Source of the DNA: a bacterium
GTDB taxonomy: Bacteria > JAHJDO01
DNA: 64,000 nucleotides
NCBI GenBank assembly: GCA_043824255.1
Contig: JBDRTG010000047.1
Coordinates: 96,001-160,000 of the forward strand
Direction of reading: 5' to 3'
The stretch's first letter is position 1. Each line of letters starts with the position of its first letter. Of the stretch, positions 50,565 to 60,528 are shown in pieces. A model generated the notes under the pieces. The model saw only the letters and a list, made by a program, of their open reading frames with translations, was not told the DNA's origin and did not search any database. The position numbers were made by a program, and so were the translations under genes.

Positions 50565-52142
50565 ATGCAAGATTTGATGACAATTAAAGATGCAAGCATA
50601 TGGGCATCCAAACATATAAGCAAGGATGTTACTCCATCAAATATATCTTATTTAATTCAATACGGCAGAATTTCTAAAAATGGAGATAATGGAAGTGCTT
50701 TTGTTAATAGGTATGATTTAGAAAAATATTACAAGTCGCATCTTGAAACTAAAGAAGATAGATGGAAGAAACAACTTGGAGATGATTTAAATTGGAAATT
50801 ATCTTTTTCTGAATACAAAGAGTCAGAAACAACTAAACATGTTCATAGACTACATCCATACAAAGGTAAATTTATTCCGCAATTGGTGGAATATTTTTTA
50901 GATCGACACACAGATAAATTTAAAAATGGAGTTTTTTTTAATCCAGGTGATATTATCTTAGATCCTTTTTGCGGCAGCGGAACAACTCTTGTCCAAGCAA
51001 ATGAATTAGGCCTAAATTCTGTTGGAATTGATATTTCAGCTTTTAACGCCTTTATAAGCAATGTTAAAGTTGGAAAATACGATATTGATGATATTAGAAA
51101 TACAGCAAATGAAATCACACAAAATCTTAAGATATTTCTACAAGAGAAAAATAATGTTAAATTTGAAGATGAATTATTGAGTGAACTTAAAATATTTAAT
51201 AATAAATTTTTCCCGTCCCCTGAATTTAAACACAAAGTAAGACAAAAAGTAATTGATGAAAAATTTTATGGAAAGCAAAAATCTGATGAATTTTCGGAAA
51301 TTTATTATAAGCTCATTGAGAAATACAATATTTCACTTAGGCAGAAACGTAATGATTTGTTTCTTGATAAATGGTTTTTAAAGGTTGTAATGGATGAAAT
51401 CAATTTTGTTTTTCAACAAATAAAGCCAATTAAAAACTTAGAAACAAAAAAAATTCTTGCTCTTGTTTTGAGTCGCACAATTCGATCCTGCAGAGCAACT
51501 ACACATTCAGATTTAGGCACTTTAAAAGAACCCGTGACGTCCACCTATTATTGCAAAAAACATGGAAAGATATGCAAACCGTTATTTTCTATTTTAAGTT
51601 GGTGGCAAAGTTACGTTCAAGATACTATCAAAAGAATTAATCAATTTGACAAACTACGTACTAAAACCTTTCAAAACTGTTTAACAGGAGACAGTAGAAC
51701 AATAAATGTTTTTGATGAATTAGAAAAAAAATATCCTGCATTTGGAAAATTAGCTAAAGAAAACAAAATAGCTGGAATATTTTCCAGTCCTCCCTATGTA
51801 GGGTTAATAGATTATCATGAACAACATGCGTATTCGTACGATTTATTTGGATTTGAAAGAAAAGATGAATTAGAAATAGGTCCTTTATGCAAAGGACAAG
51901 GGTTAGAAGCGCGAAAATCTTATATCAAAGGTATTTCTGATGTTTTGAATAACTGTAAGCAATTTTTGAAACAAGGTTATGATGTGTTTTTGGTAGCAAA
52001 TGATAAGTATGGTCTTTATTCACAAATTGCTGAACTATCTAACATGAAAATTGTAAATGAGTATAAAAGACCTGTTTTGAATAGAGTTGAAAAAGACAGA
52101 TCAGCTTATGCTGAAATAATATTTCATATGAAGGAAAAGTAA
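50565..52142 (+). CDS. Type II amino DNA methyltransferase (probably m4C) with N-terminal HTH
   Basis: HPYKGKF, DPFCGSGTT (motif I) preceding SSPPY (motif IV). Confidence 0.88.
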   Translation: MQDLMTIKDASIWASKHISKDVTPSNISYLIQYGRISKNGDNGSAFVNRYDLEKYYKSHLETKEDRWKKQLGDDLNWKLSFSEYKESETTKHVHRLHPYKGKFIPQLVEYFLDRHTDKFKNGVFFNPGDIILDPFCGSGTTLVQANELGLNSVGIDISAFNAFISNVKVGKYDIDDIRNTANEITQNLKIFLQEKNNVKFEDELLSELKIFNNKFFPSPEFKHKVRQKVIDEKFYGKQKSDEFSEIYYKLIEKYNISLRQKRNDLFLDKWFLKVVMDEINFVFQQIKPIKNLETKKILALVLSRTIRSCRATTHSDLGTLKEPVTSTYYCKKHGKICKPLFSILSWWQSYVQDTIKRINQFDKLRTKTFQNCLTGDSRTINVFDELEKKYPAFGKLAKENKIAGIFSSPPYVGLIDYHEQHAYSYDLFGFERKDELEIGPLCKGQGLEARKSYIKGISDVLNNCKQFLKQGYDVFLVANDKYGLYSQIAELSNMKIVNEYKRPVLNRVEKDRSAYAEIIFHMKEK

Positions 52143-52143
52143 A

Positions 52144-52620
52144 ATGGCATTATCAAACAATCAAAAGCAAAAAATAGAAGAAGAAATAAAGGAAGTTTTA
52201 AAAGCGACAGCAGAAAATGGCGAATTCCAAAAATCAGGAAACATTGCAGATTTCTATATGAAACGAAATGGGCAGGAATACTATTTTGAGATCAAAACAG
52301 TAAAGCCAAATATTGATGTGTTTGAAAAAAGTAAAACAAAATTATTGGAATGGGTTGCCAGAAAAAGAATGCCTATCAAGGTATACCTTGCATTTCCTTA
52401 TAATCCATATCATCCAAAACCATATCATCGTTTTACGGAAGTTGGAATGATGGATTCACAAAATGATTTTTTAGTTGGCAACGAATATTGGGATTTTATC
52501 GGTGGGGAAAACACCTTTCCTGAATTATTAAAAACATTTGATGTAGTAGGAAAAAATTTCAAAGAACAATTGAATAAAAAATTTAAACAAATAGCAAAAG
52601 AAAAGTTGGATTCCTATTAA
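52144..52620 (+). pseudogene. TdeIII/MjaII-like restriction endonuclease, apparently internally deleted
   Basis: ADFY..FEIKTVKPN, AFPYNPY, EYWDFIGG; only 158 aa, and the usual N-terminal helical region seems absent. Confidence 0.65.
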
Positions 52621-52673
52621 GAATACGCATAACGTATCTGTCAAAAAAGCACTTAAAAGATGTTCTGCCAAAG

Positions 52674-54275
52674 ATGAAAAAGATAACTGCATCAGTTTTG
52701 CTTATTTTATTTTGCTGTATAACGTCAATAGAAGCAAGAACCTTTAAGGTTGCAAGTTATAACGTTGAAAACTTTTTCGACCTTAATAAGGACGGGACCG
52801 AATACACCGAGTATATTCCGAACACCGGCTATGGTTGGACTAAGAATATTGCAGACATCAAATACACCAATATTGCCATGGTGATAAAGGATTTGAAAGC
52901 TGACGTTGTCGCATTGCAAGAGGTTGAATCCAAAAGCTCTCTTACTCTTTTACGTAACAGACTGAAAGACTTCGGGTTGGATTATCCTTATTTTGAAATT
53001 GCGGATTCCAAGAGTACGACTGTGAAGTGCGCTGTTCTGTCCAAGTTTCCAATTATAGAGAAAGAAGAAATACGGGTTGATAGTGAATCTGCTAGAAATA
53101 TTCTTAAAATAACTCTTGATATTGATGGGAATCGTCTCATCCTGTTTATCAATCACTGGAAATCGAAAGGAGGTCATGAAAGCTGGAGGATAGCTTATGC
53201 TAAAAAGCTCAAGGAAGATATTGACAAACTAAAAGATGATGTTGACTTTATACTGGTAGGTGATTTTAATTCAAACTATAACGAATACAAAACCTTCAGA
53301 GATGAAGGCAGGTTGAACGACACCGCTGGCATTACAGGAATCAATCATATTCTCAGGACTGTCAAAGATTCTGAAATGGTAAATGAACAGATTTTGACAA
53401 CACAGGTCTCGAATGAGTATTTGTATGACTTGTGGCTTGAAATCAATAGGATTAGACGCTGGTCATACAATTTTTTCGGTAACAAAAACAGCCTAGATAA
53501 CATTATCCTACCCAAAGCACTTTACGATGGCAACGGAATCTCTTATGTGGATAATTCGTTTGATAAGTTCGATCCTGACTATCTGTTCAAAGAGGATGCC
53601 GCCGTCTATCGCTGGCAAAGGGCAAAAAGTGGCAGGGGCAAGCACCTGGGTGAAGGATACTCGGATCACTTACCGATTTTTGCGTATTTTTCCACTGAAC
53701 CTTTCTGTTTTAAAAAGCTTGACACCTTCCCCGATGATATCACTCCTTTAAAGTTGCAAAAAAGGGCTATCTCTGACCTTTACACTTCAAAAATTGGAAA
53801 TGTCAACTACAGTCTCGAACACTGTATCGTTATCTACAAATATGGAAATGATGTTGTCATCAAACAAAAAAATGGCCGAGCAATCTTTATATACAAAGCA
53901 GGGAGAAACATGGAGTATGGTAAAGAATACTACTTAACCGTAAAAATACTGCATGACTATCACGGGCTTCGTGAAATCACGGTAATTGATGATATTAAAG
54001 AGATTAGAAAAGCGGCTGATTTTACTTCTCATTTGTTGAATGATCCTTCGGCTGATTTCTCTGAACCGGGTCTTCAGAGCGAAGTCATACCAGAAGCTGA
54101 AGGTATTTATAAACGAGGATATTTTTATTATGGCAGTAACAGGAAAATTAAATTGTACTTTAAGGATAAAAAGTTAAGACCGAAAAACAATTCAAAAATT
54201 ATACTGAAACAAGTAAGAATAGGATGCTATAAACACCCTCAAATTGTTATAGAAAAAAAGGCGCAAATTAAGTAG
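52674..54275 (+). CDS. Secreted endonuclease/exonuclease/phosphatase (EEP) nuclease
   Basis: Signal peptide, SYNVEN, LQEVE, NHWKS, GDFN, YSDHLP. Confidence 0.88.
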   Translation: MKKITASVLLILFCCITSIEARTFKVASYNVENFFDLNKDGTEYTEYIPNTGYGWTKNIADIKYTNIAMVIKDLKADVVALQEVESKSSLTLLRNRLKDFGLDYPYFEIADSKSTTVKCAVLSKFPIIEKEEIRVDSESARNILKITLDIDGNRLILFINHWKSKGGHESWRIAYAKKLKEDIDKLKDDVDFILVGDFNSNYNEYKTFRDEGRLNDTAGITGINHILRTVKDSEMVNEQILTTQVSNEYLYDLWLEINRIRRWSYNFFGNKNSLDNIILPKALYDGNGISYVDNSFDKFDPDYLFKEDAAVYRWQRAKSGRGKHLGEGYSDHLPIFAYFSTEPFCFKKLDTFPDDITPLKLQKRAISDLYTSKIGNVNYSLEHCIVIYKYGNDVVIKQKNGRAIFIYKAGRNMEYGKEYYLTVKILHDYHGLREITVIDDIKEIRKAADFTSHLLNDPSADFSEPGLQSEVIPEAEGIYKRGYFYYGSNRKIKLYFKDKKLRPKNNSKIILKQVRIGCYKHPQIVIEKKAQIK

Positions 54276-54308
54276 CTAAGAAAGCGAGATTGCTTCAATA
54301 ACAGCGTG

Positions 54309-55466
54309 TCACATAATATCTCTTGGATTCTCTAGATACCCCTTAACCTTTTGCAGAAACTTTGCTCCAAGTACGCCATCTATGCATCTATGATCAAAGG
54401 AAGCTGTGACCTGCATCATTGAGCGAATGCCAATATTCCCATCAATAATAACTGGTTTTTGTTTTATCCTGCCAATTGCTAAAATCGCACTCTGAGGCGG
54501 ATTTATGATCGCTGAAAAATTGTCTATTTCAAACATTCCCAGATTACTGATTGTGAATGTCCCTTCTTCATAATCAGATGGCAGGAGTTTTCCCCCTCTT
54601 GCTTTGTTTACAAGCTCGTCACGCTTCTTAGAAATATCGGATATTGCCAGCTTATTTGCATTTCGTATAACAGGAACAACCAGACCATCATCCACAGCTA
54701 CCGCAAGTCCAATATTTATATCTCCGACAATCTCAATTGAGTCACCCTTAAAAGAAGAATTTATTTCTGGATTTTCAGATATTGCAAGAGCTGAAGCTTT
54801 TATAATAATATCATTAAACGCAGGCTTTGGTGATTTTTCGGCTCTGGCTTTTACGCATTCCGTCATATCTATCTCTGTTGAAAGATAAAAGTGAGGAATC
54901 GTTTGAAAACTTTTCTGAAGCCGCTCTGCAATGACCTTCCTCATTCCTTTTACAGGGATTGTCTTTGCAGTAATTTTTTCTGCCCCTCCAAAAGCAAGTA
55001 TATCTTCCTTGACAATTCTTCCGCCAGGACCAGTTCCATTAACCTTTGTTACATCAATTCCTTTTTCTTTTGCCAGCTTTTTAGCTAATGGAGAAATCTT
55101 TATTCTGACTTCTTCTATGATGGATTTATCCCGAACTTCTTGAACAGATTCATCAATGGATGCTTCTTCCTCTTTTTTCCCTTGTAATTGTTCCTGTGGT
55201 TTCTCAGAAATCTCCTCATCCATACTACCAGCAATGTATCCAATAATTGTTAGAACTGGCACAATATCTCCCTCTTTGTGAACAATCTTTCTAAGCACTC
55301 CATTTGCAAATGATTCTACTTCAAGAGTTGCTTTATCAGTTGTAATCTCAAGAAGCACATCTCCTTTTTCTACTTTATCTCCTTCTTTTTTCAGCCATTT
55401 GCCAACTGTTGATTCTTCTACAGTTTGGCCAAGCTTTGGCATTATAATTTCTTTAATCATTGACAT
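54309..55466 (-). CDS. Dihydrolipoamide acyltransferase E2
   Basis: Lipoyl ITTDKA, PSBD (SPLAKKLA..GTGPGGRI), catalytic DHRCIDG. Confidence 0.93.
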   Translation of the reverse strand: MSMIKEIIMPKLGQTVEESTVGKWLKKEGDKVEKGDVLLEITTDKATLEVESFANGVLRKIVHKEGDIVPVLTIIGYIAGSMDEEISEKPQEQLQGKKEEEASIDESVQEVRDKSIIEEVRIKISPLAKKLAKEKGIDVTKVNGTGPGGRIVKEDILAFGGAEKITAKTIPVKGMRKVIAERLQKSFQTIPHFYLSTEIDMTECVKARAEKSPKPAFNDIIIKASALAISENPEINSSFKGDSIEIVGDINIGLAVAVDDGLVVPVIRNANKLAISDISKKRDELVNKARGGKLLPSDYEEGTFTISNLGMFEIDNFSAIINPPQSAILAIGRIKQKPVIIDGNIGIRSMMQVTASFDHRCIDGVLGAKFLQKVKGYLENPRDIM

Positions 55467-56431
55467 ATCTCCTTAACTGCATTTATTACATTTTGTTTGT
55501 TTGGAATTGCTGCATCTTCCAATACAGGACTCATTGGAATTGGCACATCTACAGCGCAGACCCTCTTCACAGGAGCATCCAATAAGTCAAATCCATGCTC
55601 CATAACCAGCATTGCAATTTCACTAGCCACATTCCCCGTTTTATATCCTTCTGATACAATAACAAGCTTGTTGGTTTTTTTAACAGATGTCAGAATAGTA
55701 TCAATATCTAAAGGTTTGAGCGTTCTTGGATCAATGACTTCTGCTGAAATATTATCCTTTTCAAGCTCTGTTGCAGCTTCCATAGCTACATGAAGCTGCC
55801 TGGAATATGCCACAATAGTAACATCACTGCCTTGTTTTTTTATATCAGCAACACCCAGAGGGATTATATATTCTTCTTCAGGAACTTCTCCCTTCATACC
55901 GTAAAGCATCTTATGTTCAATAAATACGACCGGATTATCATCTCGAATAGATGCCTTTAGCAGCCCTTTTGCATCATATGGAGTTGAAGGCATTACAAGA
56001 TATAATCCAGGTACGTGCATTATCCATGCCTCAAGACTTTGAGAGTGATGAGCTGCAATACATCTGCCGGCTCCACCCTCAGTTCTGAGCACCATGGGAA
56101 CAGTAGTTTTCCCGCCAAACATATATCTCATTTTTGCTGCCTGATTTACAAGCTGGTCCATTGCCTGAGTAATAAAATCAATATACATGATCTCTGCAAT
56201 TGGTCTCATGCCTGTTATTGCAGCGCCAATAGCAGCGCCAACTATAGCTGATTCAGATATTGCTGTATCCCTTACCCTATCCTCTCCAAACTCTTCATAT
56301 AATCCTTTTGTTGCTCCATAAGCTCCTCCATATATCGCTACATCCTCTCCCATAACAAAAACTTTTTCGTCTCTTTCCATTTCTTCCCGCATAGCTTCAA
56401 CAAGTGCATCCTTATATAGTATTTCTCTCAT
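55457..56431 (-). CDS. 2-oxoacid/acetoin dehydrogenase E1 beta
   Basis: MGEDV, DTAISE, HHSQSLE, FIEHK. Confidence 0.93.
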   Translation of the reverse strand: MREILYKDALVEAMREEMERDEKVFVMGEDVAIYGGAYGATKGLYEEFGEDRVRDTAISESAIVGAAIGAAITGMRPIAEIMYIDFITQAMDQLVNQAAKMRYMFGGKTTVPMVLRTEGGAGRCIAAHHSQSLEAWIMHVPGLYLVMPSTPYDAKGLLKASIRDDNPVVFIEHKMLYGMKGEVPEEEYIIPLGVADIKKQGSDVTIVAYSRQLHVAMEAATELEKDNISAEVIDPRTLKPLDIDTILTSVKKTNKLVIVSEGYKTGNVASEIAMLVMEHGFDLLDAPVKRVCAVDVPIPMSPVLEDAAIPNKQNVINAVKEICQ

Positions 56432-57426
56432 CTTATGGCACCTCCATTTAATAAGTCTGCTGGAGAAGGTGCATAAATATCATCCTTTAGTTCTTTAACA
56501 TCAGGATACGGGCTTTCAACAGCAAATTTTTCCGCACTTTCTACAGCCTCTTCAGCCTGTCTCTCAATTCGAGCAATCTCTTGCTCAGTAAGAATTTTAT
56601 TATCTGTTAACTTTTTGCTGAACTGCTTAATAGGACATTTATTCCTCCATTTCTTTTCCTCTTCCTTTGTTCTGTATGCCCTGGGATCACTTCTTGAATG
56701 GCCAAAATATCGATATGTTTTGCACTCTACAAGTGTAGGACCACCTCCATCACGAGCTCTTTCAACAGCTTTCTCTATGGTTTCTTTAACAGCAAGTATG
56801 TCCATACCATCGCAGATCATACTAGGCATATCGTATGCTTTAGCTTTATCTGCCATGTCCTTAACAGCTGAACATCTTTTTGCAGAAACGCTCATTCCAT
56901 ACAGATTGTTCTCACAGACAAATATAACAGGCAGGTTCCATACAGCTGCCATATTTAGTGACTCATGAAAAACACCGTTATTTGATGCGCCGTCTCCGAA
57001 GAAACACAAAACCACTTGGGAGGTCTTTCTCATCTTTACAGATAGAGCTGCTCCAACTGCGACAGGAACATTGCTGCAAACTATACCTGTTGCTCCGAGA
57101 TTCCCTTTTGTAACATCTGCAATGTGCATAGAGCCGCCTCTGCCTTTACAGTATCCTGTTGCTTTACCGCAAAGTTCAGCCATCATTTCAGGTAGCTTCC
57201 CGCCCTTTGCAAGACAATGTCCATGACCACGATGTGTGCTTGTAATATAGTCATCCTCCTCCATTGTACTGCATGCTCCTACTGCAACAGCTTCCTCTCC
57301 TGCATATAAGTGAGATGCTCCTTTTATTACATTTTTTGCAAGAAGCTCCATAACCTTTTCCTCAAATAGGCGTATCTCCATCATTTTGCGAAGATAACCG
57401 ATTAATTCCTCCTTAGATTCTTTCAT
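56428..57426 (-). CDS. 2-oxoacid/acetoin dehydrogenase E1 alpha (AcoA-like)
   Basis: THRGHGH, GRGGSMH, TPP motif GDGA..ENN, YRYFGHS. Confidence 0.93.
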   Translation of the reverse strand: MKESKEELIGYLRKMMEIRLFEEKVMELLAKNVIKGASHLYAGEEAVAVGACSTMEEDDYITSTHRGHGHCLAKGGKLPEMMAELCGKATGYCKGRGGSMHIADVTKGNLGATGIVCSNVPVAVGAALSVKMRKTSQVVLCFFGDGASNNGVFHESLNMAAVWNLPVIFVCENNLYGMSVSAKRCSAVKDMADKAKAYDMPSMICDGMDILAVKETIEKAVERARDGGGPTLVECKTYRYFGHSRSDPRAYRTKEEEKKWRNKCPIKQFSKKLTDNKILTEQEIARIERQAEEAVESAEKFAVESPYPDVKELKDDIYAPSPADLLNGGAIR

Positions 57427-57446
57427 TCCATTCTGCTCCTTTCCGT

Positions 57447-58487
57447 TTATGGTTTTACAATTATTTTCATTTCTTTTCCTGTCTCTGCTCGCGCTATTGC
57501 TTCCTCCAAGTCGTCAAGTTTAAACTCCTTTGTTATATATTTTTTTATCTTTATCTTCCCACTTGATATTAAGTCTATAGCTATCTGATTATGACAAGGA
57601 CTGGATCCATGCGTTCCGGTTATAGAGCACTCTTTATAATGAACAGCATTACTATCAAATTGTATATAGGGATTATCCTTTGGCAACCCGCCAAAAAAGT
57701 TTACATTTCCGAGATTTGCAACCATTTCAATTGCGTCTTGTTGTGCCTTGCCAACCCCACATGCAACTATAACTTTATCTGCGCCTCTGCCATCAGTAAA
57801 TCCTCTAACCAGTTTTATACTATCTTCTCTAGATGGATTGATAAATAAATCAGCATCTACAGTCTTTTTTGCAAGTTCCAATCTTTCCTCTGACACTTCT
57901 ATCATTACAGTTTTTGTTGCTCCTATTGCTCGAGCAAGTTCTGCATGCAAACAACCCATTGGGCCTGTCCCTATTATTACAACAGTATCTCCCATGCCTA
58001 CATTTGAAAGTTCCTGCGCATTTATAACACAAGCCAGAGGTTCTGCGAGTGCTCCTTCCTCGAATGAAACATTATCAGGCAGAAAATTTACACATCCATT
58101 ATCTACAGCAACTTTTGGGACAATCATATACTCTGCAAATCCACCATTCCAGAAATAACCAATTGCCTGCAGGTTTTCGCACATTGCCTGCTTGCCGCGA
58201 TGGCAGTAATAGCAGTCTCCACATGGAACAGCTGGCGCAACTGCAACTCTGTTACCCACTTTATATTTAGAGACATTCTTTCCAACTGCTATTATCTCTC
58301 CTGTTACTTCATGTCCTGTAACACGCGGGAAAGTAATAAGCCTATGTCCATGATGATAGACCTTTATATCGGTTCCACAGACAGCACACGCCCATATTTT
58401 TATCAGTATCTCTCCAAACTGCGGTTTTGGAGTAGCGATTTCTGTAATCTTGAGTTTCTCAATATCTTCCAATAATGCTACTTTCAT
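57447..58487 (-). CDS. Zn-dependent MDR dehydrogenase (sorbitol/iditol type)
   Basis: CGTD, GHE, CGDCYYC..C, EPLAC, GTGPMG. Confidence 0.9.
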   Translation of the reverse strand: MKVALLEDIEKLKITEIATPKPQFGEILIKIWACAVCGTDIKVYHHGHRLITFPRVTGHEVTGEIIAVGKNVSKYKVGNRVAVAPAVPCGDCYYCHRGKQAMCENLQAIGYFWNGGFAEYMIVPKVAVDNGCVNFLPDNVSFEEGALAEPLACVINAQELSNVGMGDTVVIIGTGPMGCLHAELARAIGATKTVMIEVSEERLELAKKTVDADLFINPSREDSIKLVRGFTDGRGADKVIVACGVGKAQQDAIEMVANLGNVNFFGGLPKDNPYIQFDSNAVHYKECSITGTHGSSPCHNQIAIDLISSGKIKIKKYITKEFKLDDLEEAIARAETGKEMKIIVKP

Positions 58488-59635
58488 ATCAGTTCTCCTT
58501 TAACAAGTTTTGCTATTTTACCTTGCGAATCAATTTTGCAAATATTCTTAAGAATCCAATCTATTCCTTTTTGTTTGATTGAATTCGAAAGCTTGCAAGC
58601 GTATATGTCTTCTGAATAATCATATTTCAGTGCTGCTGAGATTCCTTTACATATATTTACAGGTTCTATATCATACTCTAAAACCAGTTTTGCGGAGCCT
58701 ATTAAACGGTCATTCGGCCCCAGTTTGCGTATTGGATCTCTTCCTACTCTGCATATTGTATCTCCAAGTGCTTTATTAGCGAACCTGTACAGCAGATCAT
58801 CAACATGTTCATAGTGCTTTTGCGAATTAAAACCATGTTTCTTAACAAGCGCTTCTCCTGTTTCTCTTAAAGCTCCTGTCACAACAGAGTAGATTTCTTT
58901 ATCTTCCAATGCTTCCCATATAAACTCATATTCCTTTTGATAACCCAGGTAGGCACATATAGAATGCCCTGCATTATGTGTATAAATCTTCCTCTCCTCA
59001 TAAGCAGCTATGTTGTCATAAGGAACCATGCCCCTTACATCAGGTATTTCGCCAATAAACCCTTTTCTGTCAACAGGAAGTGTACAATACTCTTCAACAG
59101 CAATATAAAGAGGATCTTCTTTTTGAATATCCTGAGGAACCACAGGTACCATTCTGCTAACAACTGACTCTACAAGTCCCAGATTCCTTTCCGCATAATC
59201 CCACAGAGTCTTATCAAGAGATTCCAGAATGAGCTTCCTAAATACCTGACCAGCGCCTAAGAGGTTTTCACATATTATAATGTTAAGGGGATTTGTTATA
59301 TTTCCCTTTTCTCTCTCTACCAGTCCTTCTGCTATGAGCGGAGCTATCTTTGACAGGACATTATTACCAACAGCAGTCGCAGCAATGTCCGCAGAGGCGA
59401 GTTCTAAGGCTACTGCTTTGGTATCTCTTGCATTTATTGCTCTGATATTCTGAACCTTTAGGGATGATGGTCTTTTTCCAACTATGTTAATTGTATAAAA
59501 GCCTTTCTGATTTATTGCTGATACAACCTCATCTCTTATGTCCACAAATACTGTTTCATATTCGGACTGAAACAAAAGTTGCCCTATAAATCCTCTTCCA
59601 ATATTTCCAGCACCAAACTGCACAGCCTTTTTCAT
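58484..59635 (-). CDS. mtlD: Mannitol-1-phosphate 5-dehydrogenase-like
   Basis: FGAGNIGRGFIG, ICEN, ERK..NAGH, RVGRDPIRKL..DRL. Confidence 0.82.
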   Translation of the reverse strand: MKKAVQFGAGNIGRGFIGQLLFQSEYETVFVDIRDEVVSAINQKGFYTINIVGKRPSSLKVQNIRAINARDTKAVALELASADIAATAVGNNVLSKIAPLIAEGLVEREKGNITNPLNIIICENLLGAGQVFRKLILESLDKTLWDYAERNLGLVESVVSRMVPVVPQDIQKEDPLYIAVEEYCTLPVDRKGFIGEIPDVRGMVPYDNIAAYEERKIYTHNAGHSICAYLGYQKEYEFIWEALEDKEIYSVVTGALRETGEALVKKHGFNSQKHYEHVDDLLYRFANKALGDTICRVGRDPIRKLGPNDRLIGSAKLVLEYDIEPVNICKGISAALKYDYSEDIYACKLSNSIKQKGIDWILKNICKIDSQGKIAKLVKGELI

Positions 59636-60399
59636 ACAGTGATAACCTCAATCCCTTTCTTTTGGAGCTTCTTTACCAACCTTTTAGAAATACCCGTGTT
59701 TGTAATTAATTTGTCAATACTATCTATAGAAGCTACATTTGCAAACGCCAGTTTGCCAATCTTACTATAATCTGCAACAACAATCACCTCTTTTGCTCTT
59801 TCAATCATAGACCTCTTTGTTTTTGCCTCAATCACATCTGTTGTTGTAAGCCCTTCTTCATATGTTAGGCCAATTGTGCCTGTAAACAACTTATCAATAT
59901 GTAAATTTCCCAGTGTCTGGTTTGAGATAGGTCCTACAAGTGTCATGTTCATTCTGCGCAGATTCCCACCTGTTACAACAACACTAACATCCGGCAAATT
60001 TGCCAGCTCAGCAATTATCTTTACTGAATTAGTAACAACAGTTAGATTCGCCATATTCTGTAAAGAGCGTGCTATCTCAAGAGTAGTGGTACCGCCATCC
60101 AGTGCAATTGTGTCACCTTCTCGTATCATTTTGACTGCTTGGTTTGCTATTCTTGACTTTTCTTCCCTAAATTGAACTTCTTTTTCTAACAGAGAAGGTT
60201 CAAAACGCACAGAATCAATATTAATCGCTCCACCATGTGTTCTGTAAATTAACCTGTTTTGTTCTAAGGTGTGCAGGTCTCTTCTTATTGTTGATTCTGA
60301 CACATCAAGTTGTCCACTTAGTTCCGGAACCGATATGCTTTTTTTACTACGCAAGATTCCCTTTATTTTTTCCTGTCTCTCAGCTGTAAACATGCTCAT
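59632..60399 (-). CDS. DeoR/GlpR-family regulator
   Basis: VSESTIRRDL, RTHGGA, LDGGTT, VVTNS, DYSK. Confidence 0.94.
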   Translation of the reverse strand: MSMFTAERQEKIKGILRSKKSISVPELSGQLDVSESTIRRDLHTLEQNRLIYRTHGGAINIDSVRFEPSLLEKEVQFREEKSRIANQAVKMIREGDTIALDGGTTTLEIARSLQNMANLTVVTNSVKIIAELANLPDVSVVVTGGNLRRMNMTLVGPISNQTLGNLHIDKLFTGTIGLTYEEGLTTTDVIEAKTKRSMIERAKEVIVVADYSKIGKLAFANVASIDSIDKLITNTGISKRLVKKLQKKGIEVITV

Positions 60400-60453
60400 C
60401 CTTGCTCATATTTGCTTAATTATAAGCATACCATGCTCATTTCTGCTTGTCAA
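60393..60453 (-). promoter_or_regulatory. deoR-operon promoter with 10-bp-phased TGCTCAT operator-like repeats
   Basis: Minus strand TTGACA-N17-TATGCT (60453-60425); TGCTCAT at 60393, 60403 and 60434, variants at 60413 and 60444. Confidence 0.62.
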
Positions 60454-60528
60454 GCAAAACAATTGACATAATCGAATAATATCTTAATAATATAAAACAC
60501 ACCAAAAACCGAATATTACTAGGACAAA

